A stretch of DNA of 64,000 nucleotides from Eledone cirrhosa (taxonomy: Eukaryota). The DNA is taken from contig OZ024741.1 in NCBI GenBank assembly GCA_964016885.1, positions 42,160,001-42,224,000 of the forward strand, given 5' to 3'. The translations under genes and the position numbers were made by a program. Of this stretch, positions 56,840 through 64,000 are shown one piece after another. The first letter of the stretch is position 1. Every line of letters begins with the position of its first letter. The notes beneath the pieces were generated by a model. That model saw only the letters and a list, made by a program, of their open reading frames with translations, was not told the origin of the DNA and did no database searches.

Positions 56840-59559
56840 GATTGGATAAGGAGAGAACAGATACATTTAAGAGAAGTATATATATATATGTATAATAATA
56901 ATTGTTTCTACTTTTGGCACAAGGCCAGTAATTATACCAGTGCATTACTGGTATTTTATTTTATCGACCCCATAAGGATGACAGGCAAAGTTAACCTCGG
57001 CGGGATTTGAACTCAGAATGGCAAGGGCCGTAACTCTATGCGTCAAAGTATGGTGTCCGACCCTCTACCGATACTGCCAATCCACCGCCCTATATGTATA
57101 ATAATAATGGCACTATGTATAATAACAGGCTATGATATTGTGTGCGTATATACATATATATACACACACACATATAAATATATATATATGTATAATAATG
57201 GTTTCTACAATAGGCAAAAGGACAGCAACTTGGGGGAGAGGAAAGTCAATTAAATCGACCCTAGTTTGTTACTGGTACTATATTTTATTGACCACATAAG
57301 GATGAAAACCAAAGTTAACTGGCACTCGGTCAGTTGTGACACTGAGTTTTTTAATTGATATGATTAACGGAAGTGCAAGTGATTGTGCATTCCACAAACA
57401 CATGCCCTCATAATGTAGTTCTCAGGGAGATTCAGATTGACAAAAATGTGACAAGGCCTCAAATTACAGGTACAACTCATTTTGTGAAATAAAGTGTCTT
57501 GCTCAAGGACAGAACGTGCCACTGGTAATCGAACTCACAACCTTACGATTCTGAGCCAAATACCTTAACCATAAAGTTATGTGCCTGCACTATATGTATA
57601 TATGTATGGATATATGTATGCATATGTATATATGTATATATGTGTGTATGTATATATATTTATATGTATATGTGTATATGTATTGATGTGTAAATATATA
57701 TGTAAAGTAGTATAGTTTATATGCAGTATTGTGAGATATGTAATAAATGACTGACAAATTTCATGAAGCCAGTATAATGTGTTAGAAATATATTGAGAGC
57801 AAAGGATGACAAATAAATCAAGACAAATAATGTTTTTAACCAGAATATTACAACATGATATTTCAGGATTACTTATTACCCTATTTTTAAATGTAGAAAC
57901 GAAAACAGTTCAAAACAAAACGAAGGATCAACGTGTCCTGAGGGGTTAGAACGACGGATTCCTTCAGACTGTCTGCGCTGTGAGGTCTAATCCCACCGAG
58001 GTCAACTTTTCCTTGTGGTTGTGTTCATCAAGCCCTAGTGCAGTAATGAATTAACAGGGAGTTTTATTATACAAATCATATAAATAAATTTACAGTAGAA
58101 TAACATAACAAATATGTTTTAAATATATACATGAATAACATTACAAATGCTTAGATAACATTATAAATTGCTTGCGATTCTTCCAGAAGGATGTATTCTT
58201 TTAATGTTGCAATATTAAAGAAAATGTAAAGGAAGAGGTGAACAACCGAGCCAACACCAGAGCAAAAGATAGCAGCGTCGCGAGGAGTACTGGGCATCCT
58301 CTTTAATGATTTTTGAGGTAAGCCAGCACACTCGCAGCGTTGCATGTAAACATAATTAACTGGTCTAGTGTCTAGAATTGACATACATGGAACACTTATA
58401 GTAGCTACACTGCCCCGTGGAGTTCTAATCTATTATTTATTTGTGGCTTTTGCGTGTTGATCATTAACTGCTTTACGTAATACGCTTCTACAGAAATGTA
58501 GAGATGGTCTCTCTGTAGGGTTGACTTGTGTTAAACAACCTTCCTCCCATGGTTCTCCTCATTCAGAAGTCTCTCATAATGGCACTTCCCTGCTAAGTTC
58601 ATGGATCCTTCGTTTAGTTTTGAACCGTTTTTTAATTTACCTTTGAAAAGAGTTCATTAACTCTGAAATATTATGTCGCAGGTCATTCATTTTGTGGTCG
58701 TGGCCACAGTGGGAAATCATTTCTTTCGCTACACATATAAATATCTTCTTCTTCTTCTTCTTGAGAGGACCATAGGAGCAGAGTCTTCAAGCACGCCTTT
58801 CGGCGGGTTTTGTCAGACGCAATTGCCTCCAGCTGAATCAATTAGATTCCCAAGCGAGGCCAGCCGAACACATGAATTTTATCGAACCATCTTGCTCGGG
58901 GTCTACACCGGGGCCTCCTGCCGGTTGGTTTTTGCCCGTAAAATCTCTCCAGTGATTATTTCCTGAGATATTATAACCCCAGGTTCGTAGTATCAGCGCT
59001 GTAATCTTTCAATTCGGAGAAGTGGAGGCTCTACTTGGAGCGACTCTCTTATTTCCGACCTACACTCTCTATCTAGACACATTACTCCAAATACCCTTCT
59101 GAGAAACCCTATTTCGGCCGCTTGTATTCGTAATCGTATTCTTTCGGTTATTACACAAGGATTTATGACCATAGGTAAGGGCTGACATGAATACTGAATT
59201 GAAGATAGCGAGTTTGGCCTTTACACCAACATCCCTTCTTCTGATTAACGAATCCTGAAACTGGTGCTTCAACAATTCCTGCATATAATTCAGCCTCCCG
59301 CCTCCCATCACTCGTGAACATGGCCCCGAGACATTTAAACATCTCCACTTGCTTCAATGGAACTTCACTCACATACAGCATGCACTACACAGGCTGCATT
59401 GAGAGGACGAGTGTACACGAGGTGCATCTGCGATCGATGATTAACCTCCTATTCCTACACTGTCCCTCCTTACATATGCTATGGTATATAGCATAAGATG
59501 TAGGGACTATATAGTATAAATATATATAGCATAAGATGTACGGCGGGTGGGGGGTAGGA

Positions 59560-59850
59560 ATAGGAACATAACTTACATAGATGAGACAGCCCGTAAGCAT
59601 AGGAGAAAGAATAATTGAACACTAGTGATAACTCCAAGATAGGATGAACTGAGCAGTACCCGACCAACATGCCAAAATGGAACATATGAGCACACTAGAG
59701 AACATAGACATAAAAATCATATCCACACACAGAACAGACGTAATGCTCCGACAGATTACAGAAGCGACAAACATAAACGAACTTCAACCAAAACTAATCA
59801 GAAAACATGAGTGGAATAGCAACAACATCACAAATAACAATTAAGGACAA
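59560..59850 (+). mobile_element. Diverged PLE GIY-YIG fragment related to the element at 25169-29482
   Basis: YIDETAR...HAKMEH...IISTHR...MLRQITEA...HEWNSNNIT parallels 28815-29075. Confidence 0.75.
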
Positions 59851-61429
59851 GATAAAGACATAGAGACATACAAGAACCAAACTAATTAAGGACAAGATAA
59901 AGACAGACAGAGGCACACAAGAACGAAACTAATAATTGTTTCTACTTTTGGAACAAGGCCAGCAAATATCCCAGTGTATTACTGGTACTTTATTTCATCG
60001 ACCCCGTAAGGATGAAAGGCAAAGTTAACCTCGGCGGGATTTGAACTCAGACCATAAAGGGCCGTAACTCTTTGCTGCACAACATGGCGTCCGACCCTCT
60101 ACCGATACTGCGAATCCACCGAATACAAACCAGACACATACAAATAGAACAAGCAACCAACTAGTGACAAGTAAATAAACGTATAAATAAATAAACGCAC
60201 CCTCACATCCGGATATAACGCATGCGCAACTCAAATAACGTGCAAGTGGCTGAGCATTCAACAAACACGTGTACCTTTAACATAGTTCTCAGGGTGATTC
60301 AGCGTGTCACAGTATGTAACAAGGATGGCTCTTTGAATTACAAGTGCAACTCATTTTTGCCATCTGAGTGGACTGGAGCAAAGTGAAATAAAGTGCCTTG
60401 CTCAACTACACAGTGCGCCGCTGACACTCGAACTCACAACCTTACGACCGTAAACTGAATACCCTAATCACAAAGCTATACACCTTAATAAAGAATACAA
60501 TAGTGTAGGGGAAAATACCACTTACGTAGTGAATTAAACCACTTATATAGTGAATTATATCTATATTTATGGCTAGATAATGTTAGCTATTGATATATAA
60601 ATGACTCTGCCGTTGGCATTTCTCACCAGGATACGAACTGAGTACGTCCTGTCTGACTATACATTCCCCTATTAGAGCAATGTCCTTGCTTTCATATTTT
60701 ATTACAATATAAATTTTATTTATAATAAAGACTTTTATCTTCTCTTAAAAACTTAGACGAAGTATTTGCTGAAGCTTTCATTTATTACTCAATTTGTTAG
60801 ATTAATCTTTTACTTCACCAGGCTGTTCCACTAGTAAAGATTGTTATATATTATTACGAAGAGATATTTTGAGAATTTAATCAGATTCTATACGTAATTT
60901 TATGAGTTTGCCATAAGTTATCTGAAATTGATTAAAAGTATTCTGATATCGTTATGATTTTGTGTAAGAAATATGTATATCATCATATCTTTCATTTTTC
61001 ATTTGCCTAAGTGCATCCCATGCTTTCGATATAAAATCTTTGTATTTATTGTGGAGCTCACAATTGTGGAATTCTAAAGAATTCACTGACAAGTGATGAA
61101 TAAAATATTTTATTCATAATATTACTAGCCTTATGCGGTACACATATATTGTGTTGGATCTTCACCGGTTTCATTGATGAGTGTACCAGCAGCTTGAACG
61201 ATGGAGCAACTCCATTGTGAAATGAACATGCAACTAGCTGAACATTCCATATACATTACTTAACGCAAATCCATTCCATATACTTAACCCAAATCTCACG
61301 GAGATTCAGCATGTCAGTGTGTGATAAAGCTGAGTGGTCTGAGGCAACCTGAAATAAAGTGCCGTCAGGAATTGGACTCACTGTCGTAAAGACGTGAATC
61401 AAACACCCTAGCCACTGAACCACACATCA

Positions 61430-61520
<91 letters not shown>
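61430..61520. repeat. (CA)n microsatellite
   Basis: Simple repeat. Confidence 0.95.
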
Positions 61521-61525
<5 letters not shown>

Positions 61526-61569
61526 CCCCCCATACACAGTATAAAACCTAATATTATTTTGTTTACCAA

Positions 61570-62130
61570 AGTCCCTGTGCATTAGTTTTCCGACCTCAGT
61601 ATTTTCGGTCGGAGTGGCCAACGCCTCGGCCTCAGCGTGTGGGGCTGTCGTCGACGAGTTTCGCCTGCACCCACTGCCATACGGCCAGAGTGCAGGCCGG
61701 TTCCGCCTACATGCCGCTCTCAATGACATATTGGGAAGGAGCTGGATGCAGCCGGTTTCCCATCACAACTCAACCCAGCGGGTCTCGATCGTGGATACGG
61801 CAAGCACCCCGACGGAATTACCCTATTCTCGTTTGAATGAGGTAAATCTCTCATCTGGGACGCGACATGCTGTGCACGTTCTCCCTCTCCACCTTAGTCG
61901 CTTCGACCACAAGCTCCGGTACTGCGGCCCGGGGCTTGTCCGGTAGCTTCCTCTTTGCACCGGTTGCCGTCGAGACGTCAGGAGTCCTCAGACCCTGTGC
62001 AGCCGAGCTCCTCCGTAAAGTCGGAACGGCAGCAGCTCGTCTGAAGAACGAGTCCCGCCAGGTGGAGTGGCTTTTGCAGCGGGTGTCGCTGGTCATTGTC
62101 CGCGGGGCGCAGCCGAAACAGCGCTCCGGC
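61570..62130 (+). mobile_element. CRE-clade non-LTR retrotransposon 3' fragment (restriction-like endonuclease domain), frameshifted
   Basis: ACGAVVD...H...RLHAALNDIL; LDRGYGKHPDGITL...GKSLIWDAT; FAPVAVETSG...WLLQRVSLVIVRG; GC-rich island. Confidence 0.75.
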
Positions 62131-64000
62131 CTAAGTGTAGAGTCTGTTACTCTCTCCCCTTCTCCCTGATTTACTTCCTTGCATAATAGTCCCTGTTTTT
62201 TCCCTCCTTTTCTTCTCATTTATGTCAGTTAGAGTTCCTTTCTTTACTCCCCTATACAGCCAGATCTGCCCTTCTTTACCCCTTCCCCCTGTTTTCATTA
62301 TTTAATTTTATTTTTATCCCTTTTTAATAGTTTCCATCATTAGGGCGGTGGATTGGCAGTATCGGTAGAGGATCGGACGCCATACTTTGCAACATAGAGT
62401 TACAGCCCTTTATGATCTGAGTTCAAATCCCGCCGAAGTTGACTTTGCCTTTCATCCTCACGGGGTTGATAAAATAAAGTACCAGTAATGCACTGGGGTC
62501 GTTTTAATCGACCTCCTCTCGCCCCAAATTGCTAGCCTTGTGCCTATATAAGAAACTAATATTTTCCATCATTGTATAACTTTTGTTTGTAAAATGTAGT
62601 TTATCTCGAATGAAGCTGAAGTACCCATACGCTAAGCTTCGAATGAGTATACGTTGGAGTATATGTTTATATTTATTTAAACAATTTCCATAATAATCTT
62701 ATTGGAGAACTTTAGTTCTAAACCAGATAAATAACGAAAAAGTTATTACGCATCCCTTTAAATATTTGATTATTTTCAAAATGATTTGAAAATCACAGAC
62801 AGTATCTTTTATTATCTTTTAATATTTATTAAGAATATTAACATTTTATTTTCGACGTTCACAGTTGTATACATAACATTACAAATTGTTTATAGTTCTT
62901 ACAGAATGAAAATACAAACACAGATATAAACACATATAATAAATACAATTAATTATTGCTGGGAACCTCACAAATGTAATGTACAAAAATATATGATCAA
63001 AGAGAGAGAAAAAGAAAGAAAACACAAAAACCCAAACAACCATCAATTCACCACCAAGTGCGGCATTCGGCCTCACACCACAAAGGGCAACAGAAAATAT
63101 TATTAGAAATATGGAAATGAAGAGTTTTATATTTATTTAAAACTTTTCAACATAATTTTATCTAACAGCTTTTGTTAAGTTTTATTCCGAATACTAGCTA
63201 GATAATGGTTTCTGATTTAGGCACAAGGCCAACAAGAGGGGAAAGTCAATTAAATCAATCCCAGTGCATTACTGGTACTTTATTTTATCGACCCCGTAAG
63301 GATGAAAGTCAAAGCTAACCTCGGCGGGATTTGAACTCAGAACATAAAGGACCGTAACTCTATGCTGCTAAGCATGGTGTCCGACGCTCTACCGATTCTG
63401 CCAATCCACCACCCTTGAGCATCAGAAAAATAATGAGAAAGTTAATGATATTACTAAACCCCTTCAAATTCCCAATTGAAATGTATAGTTACATTAGGGT
63501 TAGGGTTATGAAAGGATTAATCGAATGAAGATTGCCATTGAGGTGAGAGAGATAGAGTGGAACTATTTACCATTTACCTTTCTTTATCTTCATTGTTTCT
63601 TGTTTTTATTGTTTCGTCGGAGAAAATCAAGAGACACCCATAATTCTTTTTACAGCCCCCGGGAGGGTGGAAGGTACTTTAAAGTATGAGAGCTTATGTA
63701 GATGTCGCTAAAAGCAGCTAAGAGACAGAATAGATAGCACTCTAACAATCCAGGTAATCATCGCCGTGAAATCATAGCATCAGTAGTAGGGAGGTTGTCA
63801 TGTCCTTGACAGGACTGGCATGGTTTCTATGGATTGCTTATCTCATTGCATACCACTTTATACCGTATATTGGGTATGGCACCAACACACACACCACTAT
63901 ATATATATATTCTGATTTTGTGGAGAATACATATGAGGGAAATATATTGATCGTTATCAGGTATTTTGTTTTAAATTTTTTATTAAATTTAATAATATAC

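Overview
This is AT-rich, microsatellite-laden eukaryotic DNA. The SINE, RTE and (TA)n/(CA)n landscape suggests a cephalopod such as Octopus, but that is an inference. No recognisable host protein-coding gene is present, and most ORF-track entries are translations of microsatellites. The window is a nested set of transposons: a nearly intact, GC-rich L1/Tx1 ORF2 with one premature stop and an 18-bp TSD, inserted in the GIY-YIG domain of a Naiad-like Penelope-like element (PLE); a second decayed PLE with pseudo-LTRs and an inverted 3' copy; two large RTE LINEs plus fragments; CR1 and CRE (RLE) fragments; a Gypsy remnant; a hAT transposase remnant; several MITEs; a Helitron-like element; and about 25 tRNA-derived SINEs. 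The most striking signal is a set of short, ORF-less fold-back elements sitting in (TA)n tracts. They belong to several unrelated families and carry minimal type-I hammerhead ribozyme (HHR) motifs, two families with the compensatory U3-A8 core. Wherever the HHR shows orientation, the arms are joined 5'-to-5' with the 3' ends pointing outwards, and in two families the fold-back axis lies exactly at HHR stem II. Coordinates of degraded elements are approximate (tens of bp).
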